From: Acidimicrobiia bacterium
Lineage (GTDB): Bacteria > Actinomycetota > Acidimicrobiia > Spongiisociales > ZC4RG35
NCBI GenBank assembly: GCA_035281645.1
Contig: DATEDN010000145.1
Span: forward strand, 1,684 to 65,683
Reading direction: 5' to 3'
Length of the DNA: 64,000 bases
Part shown: positions 40,080 to 49,012 of the stretch, in pieces
Position numbering within the stretch: position 1 is the first letter of the stretch
Layout of the letters: each line of letters begins with the position of its first letter
Position numbers and translations under genes: made by a program
The notes under the pieces: model-generated
Seen by the model: the letters and a program-made list of their open reading frames with translations, nothing else
The model's database searches: none
What the model was told of the DNA's origin: nothing

Positions 40080-42208
40080 GATGTAGCTCCCTTTCTGTTG
40101 GTTGTTTCCCATTGCTTCCGTTTGCCATGAAATGTGGTTGTGAAGTTGAAGTGGTCCCAGTGGGAGGGGAGGCGCGGGCTTACCCGCGGTCCGCTCTTTT
40201 TCAGCTCGAGTCCGGCGAATCCGAAAAGGGCCGCCTGCAGGATTCCTCCCTGGGTGGCGGCATGGATTCCGTCGCGACCGTTACCCATCGAGTCCTCGAG
40301 ATCGATGGCGACGGCCTGCTGAAAAAAGTCGAACGCGAGGTCGTCCAACCCGAGTTGCGACGCCACCCGGGAATGAGCGGCGGGTGAAAGCGATGAGCCA
40401 TGGTCCGTGCGGGGGAGGTAGTAGTTCCAGTTCCGTAAATGGTCGGTCCGCGACCCGCAATCGTCGGGGAAGAGGGCGATCGCCATCACCACATCCGCCT
40501 GTTTGATGACCTGCGCCTTCTGCAGACGTCCCTCTTCGAGGAGGCTGAACATGCCAGTCCGCCGTGGTTCGAAAGCGGTGAGATCGATCGACTCGAGGTC
40601 GAAGAACCCGCGATGTTGCTCCCAGACGCGGTTGCGGCCCCGCTTCTTGACCACTCGGCCTCCGAGGTCTCGCCAGTTTTCGGTGACTTCGTCATCGATG
40701 TGAAGGCGGGTCGACATGTCGGCCACCGCCCGCGGATGATTCTGCCGTCCCCAGTCGATCAGGTCGGCGGCGAACCGCAGGTGCCAGGCAGCGGAAACGT
40801 TGGTGAAGAATGAATCTGATACGTGTACGTGGTACTCGTCGGGTCCGATGACGTCACTCAGGTGGGCGCGATCCCCGGCGAGCTCGAGCCGACTGGCCCA
40901 ATAAGTCGCCCCTTCAGCCACGATCTCGATGCCCTTGTCGACCATGAACCGGTCATCGCCCGACCATTTCCAGTAAGTGTTGACCGCGTAGGCGACGTCC
41001 GAGGTGATGTGCTCCTCTAATTCCCCGGTCCAGATTCGTATCGGAGGCCCGACTGGCGGCGTGCCCCACTCCGGGGTCACCTCCGAACCGTCAGCGGCGG
41101 ATTCCCAGGCATAGAAGGCACCCTGCCGCCCGTACTTCTTGGCCTTGCGCCGGGCGCCGTCGAGTCCGTGGAAGCGGTATCCGAGATGGGAGCGGGCGAG
41201 ATCGGGCTGGCTCAGGGAGAAATACGGAATCACGAAGATGTCGGTGTCCCAGAAAACGTGGTGGCGGTATCCGAACCCCGAGGCGAGCTTGGCCCCAATG
41301 CCCGCTTGCGGATCATTGCGGGCGGCGGCGGCAATGAGTTGGAAGGCAGCGAAGCGCAATGCTTGCTCCGAGGCGGGATCGCCACCAACTTCCATGTTCG
41401 ATCCCGCCCAGCGGGATTTCCAGCGCCGGGCGCTGGCTCGGGACTCGTCATCGAAGGACCGACTGGCATCCGGTAGCGGGGGAAGAGAGCCCTCGTCCCT
41501 CCGAGCCCGATACTGGGCGTACTTGGTATAGGTGACTGTTTCTCCTACCCCAAGACTCCGTTCTCCAATCCAGCGGTGCCTCCGAGGCTCCTTGATGACT
41601 CCTTCGATTCCGGGTCCAAACAGCACCGACCTCACCTGGAGCCGCTGGGAGCCGTCGATGCTCTCGGCATCGAGGTTCATCACCGCCGGCCGGGTGTGGA
41701 TCCACTTCTTCGGGTTCCAAGCCGGCTGCACCGGGGAGGGAATGGAGCAGTCGATTCCGGTCTCGATTCGGAGGGAGACGGGATCGGTCAGGGCTGTCAC
41801 CTGTACTTCCATCGCCGCCAGATGGGGGTCGGCCAGCGACAGCAAACGACGGAAACGAAGGCGGCATGCACCGGTCTCGGGACCGCGCCAGAGAATCTCT
41901 CGCGAAAGGACTCCCGACGAAAAGTCGAGCTTGCGCCGGTACCCAGCCGGCGGACGATCGAGGCTGAAACGGGTTCCGTCGATGAACAGTTCGAAACCCG
42001 TCCAATCGGGCACGGCTCCGAGCAGCGGGAGTTCGCCGGGCGGCGTCACCCACAACCCTTGGATGAACGTCCCGCGCTGCTCGCCGGCATGAACCTCTTC
42101 GAAGCTTCCCCGGGTTGAGAGATACCCGTTGCCGGTCGTGAACAGGGACTCATGTCCCGAAGCCAGAGAGGGGACATAGCGATTCTCCACCAGGGACCAG
42201 GTATTCAC
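40076..42208 (-). CDS. Glycoside hydrolase family 65 disaccharide phosphorylase (maltose/trehalose/kojibiose phosphorylase-like)
   Basis: GTG 42208 forms a GTGA overlap with the lacI-family stop. Blocks LFTTGNGYLSTRGSFEE, HVFWDTDIF and the catalytic region IGPDEYHVHVSDSFFTN. Confidence 0.87.
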   Translation of the reverse strand: MNTWSLVENRYVPSLASGHESLFTTGNGYLSTRGSFEEVHAGEQRGTFIQGLWVTPPGELPLLGAVPDWTGFELFIDGTRFSLDRPPAGYRRKLDFSSGVLSREILWRGPETGACRLRFRRLLSLADPHLAAMEVQVTALTDPVSLRIETGIDCSIPSPVQPAWNPKKWIHTRPAVMNLDAESIDGSQRLQVRSVLFGPGIEGVIKEPRRHRWIGERSLGVGETVTYTKYAQYRARRDEGSLPPLPDASRSFDDESRASARRWKSRWAGSNMEVGGDPASEQALRFAAFQLIAAAARNDPQAGIGAKLASGFGYRHHVFWDTDIFVIPYFSLSQPDLARSHLGYRFHGLDGARRKAKKYGRQGAFYAWESAADGSEVTPEWGTPPVGPPIRIWTGELEEHITSDVAYAVNTYWKWSGDDRFMVDKGIEIVAEGATYWASRLELAGDRAHLSDVIGPDEYHVHVSDSFFTNVSAAWHLRFAADLIDWGRQNHPRAVADMSTRLHIDDEVTENWRDLGGRVVKKRGRNRVWEQHRGFFDLESIDLTAFEPRRTGMFSLLEEGRLQKAQVIKQADVVMAIALFPDDCGSRTDHLRNWNYYLPRTDHGSSLSPAAHSRVASQLGLDDLAFDFFQQAVAIDLEDSMGNGRDGIHAATQGGILQAALFGFAGLELKKSGPRVSPRLPSHWDHFNFTTTFHGKRKQWETTNRKGATS

Positions 42209-43182
42209 GGACCGGTGCTCTCTCGCACTATCAAATTGGGCATGAGCAGTTGGGAGGGGGGAACCGGACCGCCCTCCAGGATCGAGACCAGACCGTCGAT
42301 CAAGCAACGGGCGACTTGGTCCATGGGCTGGCGCACACTGGTCAAACCAGGGGTCACCAACCCCGCCGCCACTGAGTCGTCGAACCCGGCAATGGCTACA
42401 TCACGGCCCACGCTCAAGCCCAAGTCGGCGGCGGCCGCCATCATCCCCAGCGCCAGGCTGTCCTCCACCGCTGCTACCGCGGTGGGGGGGCGATCGCGGC
42501 CGAAAAGGCTGTGTCCGAGCCGGCGACCGTTCTCGAAACCACCCAGGACCCTGATCACCTCCCGATCCTTGCCCGGCCCAAAGCCTCGAACCCGGTCGTC
42601 GCCACTTTCTGAGCCCTCGGGCCAGGCAGCCAGGGTGATCCGAGCATGACCGGCCGTAACCAGATGGTCGACCACCAGCCTCATGCCGGCGGCACCGTCC
42701 ACGTCTACCCATGGGAACGGTTGCGAGTCGAGCGCCCGGCCGAAAGAGACGAAGGGAACTCCCGACTTGGAGAGGAGCGCGATGCGAGGGTCTCGATAGT
42801 TGGTTTCCGATAGCACCAGGCCGTCGACATCACCGCCCCGGATGAGCCGCCGGTAGGCATCGAGCTCGGTCTCGTCCTGGCGAGGGGAGAAGAGCGCAAT
42901 CTCGAGCCCATGGCCCGAAGCCGCCCCCACCAGGGCATGAAGGAAGACATCGAGGGCGGGGCTCTTCCCGGCGCCGGGGAGCCGGTAACCAATCAGATAG
43001 GTGCGACGGGCCTGAAGGCTACGAGCGGCGCGATTGGGCCGGTAGTCGAGTTCGCTGATGACCGAGAGAACCCGCGCCCGGGTGGGGTCGGCCACGAGAT
43101 GGGGAGCGTTGAGGACGTTGGAAACCGTTCCGACCGAGACCCCGGCCCGATCGCTCACCTCTCGAATTGTGCTGCGCCCCAT
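42205..43182 (-). CDS. LacI-family transcriptional regulator
   Basis: N-terminal HTH TIREVSDRAGVSVGTVSNVLN, followed by a periplasmic-binding-protein-like core. Confidence 0.92.
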   Translation of the reverse strand: MGRSTIREVSDRAGVSVGTVSNVLNAPHLVADPTRARVLSVISELDYRPNRAARSLQARRTYLIGYRLPGAGKSPALDVFLHALVGAASGHGLEIALFSPRQDETELDAYRRLIRGGDVDGLVLSETNYRDPRIALLSKSGVPFVSFGRALDSQPFPWVDVDGAAGMRLVVDHLVTAGHARITLAAWPEGSESGDDRVRGFGPGKDREVIRVLGGFENGRRLGHSLFGRDRPPTAVAAVEDSLALGMMAAAADLGLSVGRDVAIAGFDDSVAAGLVTPGLTSVRQPMDQVARCLIDGLVSILEGGPVPPSQLLMPNLIVRESTGP

Positions 43183-43197
43183 GACCCCTTCCGGCCT

Positions 43198-43209
43198 TGA
43201 AACGTTTCA
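43198..43209. promoter_or_regulatory. Candidate LacI-family operator O1, perfect palindrome TGAAACGTTTCA
   Basis: Matches the LacI-family consensus TGnAAnCGnTTnCA. Lies 16 nt upstream of the regulator start codon. Confidence 0.75.
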
Positions 43210-43218
43210 GGCGCATCT

Positions 43219-43230
43219 TGAAACCTTTCA
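43219..43230. promoter_or_regulatory. Candidate LacI-family operator O2, TGAAACCTTTCA (one central mismatch)
   Basis: Near-identical copy of O1, 21 bp (two helical turns) away centre to centre. Confidence 0.6.
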
Positions 43231-43307
43231 ACCGGGTGTGGCGCTCCCGTACAAGCTTGTTTTTCGCGTTCTTAGACCCCCGACAAAGCGAGTGATACGT
43301 TGACCCC

Positions 43308-44717
43308 ATGACTGCCGGCGATCCACTGTCGACCCGCAGCGACACCTGGGCGGGCGGGGTCGAGCCCCTGCGCCTGGGTCTCGGTGCGGGCTTCTTGTCC
43401 CTGCCACTCCTGGGGCTGGCTCTCCTCATCGCCCGCCCTGAGCTGGACCGAGTCTGGGAACACCATCCATCCCACTTCTGGCTGGTCCTCGCCGCCGGAG
43501 GGATCAACGCCGCCCTCGCCTATGCGACCGCCACCGCGGCTCACCGTCGCAGCGATGCCCGGATTTTCCTCGTCTCGCTCTCCTTCTTTTCGGCCGCCGG
43601 TTTTCTCGGTCTGCACGCATTGGCTACACCCGGGGTGTTACTCGAGACCACCAACGCCGGCTTCGCCCTCGCCACCCCAATCGGTTTGGTGGTCTCATCG
43701 ATTCTGGCCGCGGCCTCGAGCGCTCAACCCGACCGGGCGATGGCGGGCGTCATCATTCGCAAGGCCCGCTTCCTCAGAGCGGCGCTGGTCGCTCTGATGC
43801 TGGCCTGGGCGACGGCTTCGCTCACCCGCTGGGGTCCGCTCGACAACCCCGCCGCCCCCGAGCGCGCCTCAGGTCCGTTGCTCATCCTGGCGGCCGTCGG
43901 TGTGGTCCTCTACAGCGTGGCCGTATGGCGTTACCTTGGGGTTCCGCGCTTTCACGGCTCGCTCCTTCCCCTGGCGATGGCCGCGGCCTTCACGCTGCTT
44001 GCAGAAGCGATGGTGGCGGTGGCATGGGGGCGCAACTGGCATGTGTCATGGTGGGAATGGCACCTACTGATGTTGATCGCCTTCGTCATCGTGGCGGTTG
44101 CAGCACAACGCTCATGGCGGGACGAACGCTGGAGCGGTCTCTATCTCCCCGAAACAGCGGCCGCTGAGCGCGAAGTGAGCGTCGTCTTTGCCGATCTCCA
44201 CGGATTCACCGGGTTCTCCGAGCATCAGCATCCCCAGCTGGTGGCGGACATGCTCAACACCTTTTACAACGAGGTCATCCCGCCGGTGGTAGACCGTTAT
44301 GGAGGCGAGATTGATCGGCTGATCGGAGACGCGATCATGGCTACGTTCAATGCCTCGCGTGATCAACCCGATCATGCTCGTCGCGCTTGTGGAGCAGCGA
44401 TTGCTATCCAGGAAAGCGCGGCCGAAGTGGCCAGGGCCAATCCCAACTGGCCCCGATTTCGAATCGGCGTGAACACCGGATTGGTGGTGGCCGGAGTTCT
44501 GGGGACTGCCGGCGGCCGCACTTACACCGTGATCGGCGATGCGGTCAATGTCGCCGCCCGCCTTCAAGCCAAAGCCGGTCCGGGAGAGGTGGTGATCGCT
44601 GGTGAGACTCTGCGCCGGATCGAGGGGGCAAAAGTGGAGTCCCTCGGTCGCTTGACGGTGAAGGGCCGCTCCGAAGCGGTCGAGGCCTACCGCTTGCTCT
44701 CCATGGCGCCCAATTGA
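43308..44717 (+). CDS. Class III adenylate/guanylate cyclase with N-terminal multi-TM domain
   Basis: About 7-8 hydrophobic helices, then the cyclase domain VSVVFADLHGFTGFSE...RLIGDAIMATFN...RIGVNTGLVVAGVLG...YTVIGDAVNVAARLQ. Confidence 0.88.
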   Translation: MTAGDPLSTRSDTWAGGVEPLRLGLGAGFLSLPLLGLALLIARPELDRVWEHHPSHFWLVLAAGGINAALAYATATAAHRRSDARIFLVSLSFFSAAGFLGLHALATPGVLLETTNAGFALATPIGLVVSSILAAASSAQPDRAMAGVIIRKARFLRAALVALMLAWATASLTRWGPLDNPAAPERASGPLLILAAVGVVLYSVAVWRYLGVPRFHGSLLPLAMAAAFTLLAEAMVAVAWGRNWHVSWWEWHLLMLIAFVIVAVAAQRSWRDERWSGLYLPETAAAEREVSVVFADLHGFTGFSEHQHPQLVADMLNTFYNEVIPPVVDRYGGEIDRLIGDAIMATFNASRDQPDHARRACGAAIAIQESAAEVARANPNWPRFRIGVNTGLVVAGVLGTAGGRTYTVIGDAVNVAARLQAKAGPGEVVIAGETLRRIEGAKVESLGRLTVKGRSEAVEAYRLLSMAPN

Positions 44718-44747
44718 CACTCGGGCGCCATCGCTAACCTCATCGAG

Positions 44748-45710
44748 ATGGCGCTCGCAGTAGCCCCCGACCGCGCCGCTCTCCTTCCGGACCGGATTAC
44801 CAACGCCAGCCTGGCCGCCTTTCTGCGTGCAGTCCCCAGTACCGATGAGGTAGGAGTGGAAGAGCGAGTCGCCTCGCTTTCGACCCGTTCGATCAAGAGG
44901 GAGTCGAAGAGCGAGGCTCTCCAGTTGGCGGTGCGGATGATGGATCTCACCACCCTCGAGGGAAAGGACACTCCCGGGAAGGTGGCGCAGATGTCGGCCA
45001 AGGCAGTTCGGCCCGATCCCACCGATCCCTCGGTTCCCTCAGTGGCCGCGGTGTGCGTGTACCCGGCGATGGTCCCCTACGCGCTGGAGGCGGTGGCCGG
45101 AAGCTCGGTCAAGGTGGCCTCGGTGGCGACGTATTTCCCGTCGGGACAGCTGGACACAAAGCTCAAGGTCGCAGAGACCGCCCGGGTGGTGGAGATGGGA
45201 GCCCACGAGGTCGACATGGTCATCGATCGAGGAGCTTTCCTATCCGGTCAGTATTTCCGGGTCTTCGATGAGATTCGCCGGGTGAGGGAAGCGTGCGGGG
45301 AGCAGGCCCACTTGAAGGTGATTCTCGAAACGGGAGAGCTCGGTTCATACGACCAGGTGCGGGGGGCATCGATGCTGGCGATGGCGGCCGGAGCCGACTT
45401 CATCAAAACCTCGACAGGAAAGGTTCAGCCCGCGGCCACTTTGCCCGTGACGCTGGTGATGCTCGAAGCGATTCGAGACTTCTACCTGGCGACGGGGGTG
45501 CAGGTGGGCATGAAGCCCGCCGGTGGCATACGAACCTCGAAAGACGCAATCCGTTACCTGGTGGTGCTCAACGAGACGCTTGGTTCGGCCTGGATGACTC
45601 CCGATTGGTTCCGCTTTGGGGCGTCGACTTTGCTCAACGACGTGTTGATGCAGATCCGTTGGCTCAAGACGGGTCGCTATCAATCGGCTGACTACTTCAC
45701 GAAGGACTGA
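44748..45710 (+). CDS. deoC: Deoxyribose-phosphate aldolase (long actinobacterial-type form)
   Basis: Blocks MDLTTLEG, VAAVCVYPAMV, EVDMVIDRGAF, LKVILETGEL and the Schiff-base Lys region FIKTSTGK. Confidence 0.87.
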   Translation: MALAVAPDRAALLPDRITNASLAAFLRAVPSTDEVGVEERVASLSTRSIKRESKSEALQLAVRMMDLTTLEGKDTPGKVAQMSAKAVRPDPTDPSVPSVAAVCVYPAMVPYALEAVAGSSVKVASVATYFPSGQLDTKLKVAETARVVEMGAHEVDMVIDRGAFLSGQYFRVFDEIRRVREACGEQAHLKVILETGELGSYDQVRGASMLAMAAGADFIKTSTGKVQPAATLPVTLVMLEAIRDFYLATGVQVGMKPAGGIRTSKDAIRYLVVLNETLGSAWMTPDWFRFGASTLLNDVLMQIRWLKTGRYQSADYFTKD

Positions 45711-45712
45711 AT

Positions 45713-47182
45713 TTGTCGCGCAACCTGCCGGCCACTCCCGCCCTCGAGTGGTCATATGCCCCCAGCCGGGAGTCGAGCGAGATCGTCGAACTGGAGTCAC
45801 GCTACGGGCTCTTCATCAACGGCAAGTTTCGGGCTCCGGCCTCGAAGAAGTATTTCCCGACCATCAACCCGGCCAACGAGGATTTGCTCACCGAGGTGGC
45901 GGAGGCCAATGCCACCGATGTCAGTCGAGCGGTCAAGGCCGCCCGCGACGCATTCGAGGACGGCTGGGGAGCGATGCCGGGCAAGGAGCGGGCCAAATAT
46001 CTCTTCCGGATCGCTCGTATGGTGCAGGAGCGTTCACGCGAGCTCGCAGTGCTCGAGACCCTCGACGGCGGCAAGCCCATAAAGGAGTCACGGGATGTCG
46101 ACCTGCCTTTGGTGGCCGCTCACTTCTTCTATTACGCCGGCTGGGCGGACAAGCTCGAATATGCCTTCCCCGGGCTCGATCCGAAGCCTCTGGGAGTCGC
46201 CGGCCAGGTGATCCCGTGGAACTTTCCATTGATGATGCTGGCCTGGAAGATCGCCCCCGCTTTGGCCGCAGGCAACACCGTCGTGCTCAAGCCGGCCGAG
46301 ACCACCCCGCTCTCGGCTCTGACGTTCGCCAGCCTGGCCTCCGAAGCCGGCTTGCCCCCGGGAGTGATCAACATCGTCACGGGCGCCGGTGCCACTGGCG
46401 CAGCTCTGGTCGAACACAACGATGTCGACAAGATCGCCTTCACCGGGTCGACCGCGGTTGGCAAACAGATCGCCTCGACGCTGGTCGGGAGTGGAAAGCG
46501 CCTCACCCTGGAGCTGGGGGGAAAGGCGGCCCACGTCATCTTCGACGACGCTCCGATGGATCAAGCGATCGAGGGCGTCATCAACGGCATCTTCTTCAAT
46601 CAGGGACATGTGTGTTGCGCCGGCAGTCGCTTGTTCGTGCAGGAATCGATCCACGATCGATTCGTTGAGAAGCTCAAGCGGCGCCTTTCGACCCTCCGGG
46701 TGGGTGATCCGCTCGACAAGAACACCGACGTGGGAGCGATCAACTCGGCAGAACAGCTGGCACGAATCTCAGAGCTGGTGGAAGCCGGCCAACAGGAAGG
46801 GGCTGAGATGTACCAGCCGGACTGCGTTCTGCCGCGCAACGGATTTTGGTTCCGCCCCACCCTTTTCACGGGTGTTTCCCAGAGCCATCGCATCGCTCAG
46901 GAAGAGATCTTCGGGCCGGTGCTCTCGATCATGAGCTTTCGCACTCCCGAGGAAGCGGTGGAAAAGGCCAACAACACCCCCTACGGTCTGTCGGCCGGGG
47001 TGTGGACCAGCAAGGGCTCGCGCATCCTGTGGATGGCCGATCGCCTCAAGGCGGGGGTGGTGTGGGCCAACACCTACAACAAGTTCGATCCCGCCTCGCC
47101 CTTCGGGGGGTACAAGGAGTCGGGCTTTGGGCGCGAGGGGGGCCGTCATGGCCTTCTGCCCTATCTCAAGGGCGTCGGTTGA
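45713..47182 (+). CDS. Aldehyde dehydrogenase (canonical, full length)
   Basis: TTG start. Motifs PWNFPLMM, VVLKPAE, the catalytic ELGGKAAHVIF and NQGHVCCAGSR, and EEIFGPV. Confidence 0.92.
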   Translation: MSRNLPATPALEWSYAPSRESSEIVELESRYGLFINGKFRAPASKKYFPTINPANEDLLTEVAEANATDVSRAVKAARDAFEDGWGAMPGKERAKYLFRIARMVQERSRELAVLETLDGGKPIKESRDVDLPLVAAHFFYYAGWADKLEYAFPGLDPKPLGVAGQVIPWNFPLMMLAWKIAPALAAGNTVVLKPAETTPLSALTFASLASEAGLPPGVINIVTGAGATGAALVEHNDVDKIAFTGSTAVGKQIASTLVGSGKRLTLELGGKAAHVIFDDAPMDQAIEGVINGIFFNQGHVCCAGSRLFVQESIHDRFVEKLKRRLSTLRVGDPLDKNTDVGAINSAEQLARISELVEAGQQEGAEMYQPDCVLPRNGFWFRPTLFTGVSQSHRIAQEEIFGPVLSIMSFRTPEEAVEKANNTPYGLSAGVWTSKGSRILWMADRLKAGVVWANTYNKFDPASPFGGYKESGFGREGGRHGLLPYLKGVG

Positions 47183-48048
47183 TGGCCAAAGAATCGAGAG
47201 ATGGCCGGCTCGACGTCCGCAAGACCTACAAGCTCTATATCAACGGGGAGTTCCCGCGGTCGGAATCGGGTCGCAGCTACCCCGCCCGCGATCGAGAAGG
47301 TGAGGTTCTCGCTCGCGTGGCCCGGGCCTCGCGCAAAGACCTGCGGGAGGCGGTGCGGGCGGCGCGCACGGCGGGGGAGAAGTGGGCCGCCAAGTCCGGC
47401 TACAACCGCGGACAGATTTTCTACCGGATCGCGGAGATGATGGAGGATCGGGGCGCGGTTTTCGCCGAGCAACTCGCAGATGGAGGGCTCACCCCGGCGC
47501 GGGCCCGGGCCGAGGTATCGGCGGCCGTCGACCGGATGGTTTGGTACGCAGGATGGGCCGACAAGTTCGCCCAGATCTACGGCAATCTCAACCCGGTAGC
47601 CGGGCCCTTCTTCAATATCTCTGCCCCCGAGCCCACGGGTGTCGTGGGCATCATCGCTCCCGAGAGCCCGGCCTTGCTGGGCCTGGTGTCACGGTTGGCA
47701 CCGGTGATGGTGGCCGGGAATACGGCGGTGGTGATCTCATCGGAGACCCAGCCGCTTCCGGCCATCACGTTCTCAGAGGTGCTCGAGAGCTCGGATGTCC
47801 CGGCTGGGGTGATCAACATCCTCACCGGTTTCCCTGCCGAGCTCGCTCCGTGGCTGGCCGATCATATGGACGTCAATGCTCTCGACATGGCCGGTGCCTC
47901 GCCTGAAGTCGGCCTGCGGGTGAGGCAGGGAGCGGTCCACAACGTCAAGCGGCTGGTGGGAACCGACGGCTACACCGATCTCCAATCCCCCTACTTGATC
48001 GCGGCCTTCACCGAGACCAAAACCGTCTGGCATCCCAAAGGTCTCTGA
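47182..48048 (+). CDS. ALDH-like protein lacking the catalytic domain (288 aa)
   Basis: ATG shares one nt with the preceding TGA. The N-terminal half aligns by eye with ALDH (YINGEFPRSESG..., GVINILTG). PWNFP is replaced by APESPA and VLKPAE by VISSET. No ELGGK or catalytic Cys segment is present. Confidence 0.7.
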   Translation: MAKESRDGRLDVRKTYKLYINGEFPRSESGRSYPARDREGEVLARVARASRKDLREAVRAARTAGEKWAAKSGYNRGQIFYRIAEMMEDRGAVFAEQLADGGLTPARARAEVSAAVDRMVWYAGWADKFAQIYGNLNPVAGPFFNISAPEPTGVVGIIAPESPALLGLVSRLAPVMVAGNTAVVISSETQPLPAITFSEVLESSDVPAGVINILTGFPAELAPWLADHMDVNALDMAGASPEVGLRVRQGAVHNVKRLVGTDGYTDLQSPYLIAAFTETKTVWHPKGL

Positions 48049-48050
48049 GC

Positions 48051-48101
48051 GAACCCAGGGTTCGCAGGGTGGTACCGGCTCCCTGCCAGCCCGCAGAACG
48101 A
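48051..48101 (+). repeat. 51-nt intergenic element, copy B (see 29331-29381)
   Basis: GAACCCAGGGTTC...AGCCCGCAGAACGA. Begins 3 nt after the ALDH-like stop (48046-48048), in the same orientation and with the same length as copy A. Confidence 0.7.
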
Positions 48102-48124
48102 GCGAGAGGTAGGGTCGTCGGACC

Positions 48125-49012
48125 GTGGAGGCCCTCACGATTCCCGTCGATTTCCGACTCGATCTTCGCCGGACCCTCTCCTATCTACCCGGATACTTCC
48201 GTCCCGATGGATGGTGGCGGCCCACCCGTAACGAAGAGGGTCCGGCGACACTTCACGTTCGTCGCGGCGTTGGGGGGGTGGAAGGGAGAGCATTCGGTCC
48301 GGGAGCGAGCAAGGCCTTGGGATCACTCTGGGGACTGATCGGCGGCGACGATCGGCCCGGAGATCTCCAGACCGATCATCCCCTGATCGCAGAACTTGGT
48401 CGCCGTCATCCCGGGCTCCGGATGGGAATGACGGCCTCGGTTTTCGAGGCTCTCACGATCGCCATCATCACCCAGAAGGTGACGGGGAAGGAAGCGGGCC
48501 ACGGGCTCAAGATGCTCCGGCGCCGCTTCTCCGATCCCGCCCCCGGTCCCGCTCCCGCCGGGAGTGCGCCGCTGCGACTCCCCCCCGATCCGGAGCGGCT
48601 GGCCAACGCCACGTACTTCGTTCTCCATCCGCTTGGGATCGAAAAACGGAGAGCCGACACCTTGCTCCGGGCCGCCCGGCAGGCAAATCGCATCGAGGCG
48701 CTACGAGCTGTTGATCCCAGAGCGGCGCAAACCTGGCTGGAGCGGATTCCAGGGATCGGCCCGTGGACCTCGGCGGAGACGGTGGCGGTCAGTCATGGGG
48801 ACCCGGATGCACTTTCGGTTGGTGACTACCACCTGAAGAACCTGGTCGCCTGGCACTTGACGGGTCGACCGCGGGGCACCGACCAAGAAATGGTTGATCT
48901 CCTCGAGCCGTTCCGCCCTCAGCGAGGTCGAGTCGCCCGCCTCATCTCACTGCTTGGTCACGCACCCGCCTATGGGCCTCGACAGCCCCTCCGCTCCTTC
49001 GCGGCCTACTGA
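48125..49012 (+). CDS. HhH-GPD DNA glycosylase (AlkA/3-methyladenine glycosylase II-like)
   Basis: GTG start. HhH-GPD region RIPGIGPWTSAETVAVSHGDPDALSVGDYHL. Confidence 0.8.
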   Translation: MEALTIPVDFRLDLRRTLSYLPGYFRPDGWWRPTRNEEGPATLHVRRGVGGVEGRAFGPGASKALGSLWGLIGGDDRPGDLQTDHPLIAELGRRHPGLRMGMTASVFEALTIAIITQKVTGKEAGHGLKMLRRRFSDPAPGPAPAGSAPLRLPPDPERLANATYFVLHPLGIEKRRADTLLRAARQANRIEALRAVDPRAAQTWLERIPGIGPWTSAETVAVSHGDPDALSVGDYHLKNLVAWHLTGRPRGTDQEMVDLLEPFRPQRGRVARLISLLGHAPAYGPRQPLRSFAAY

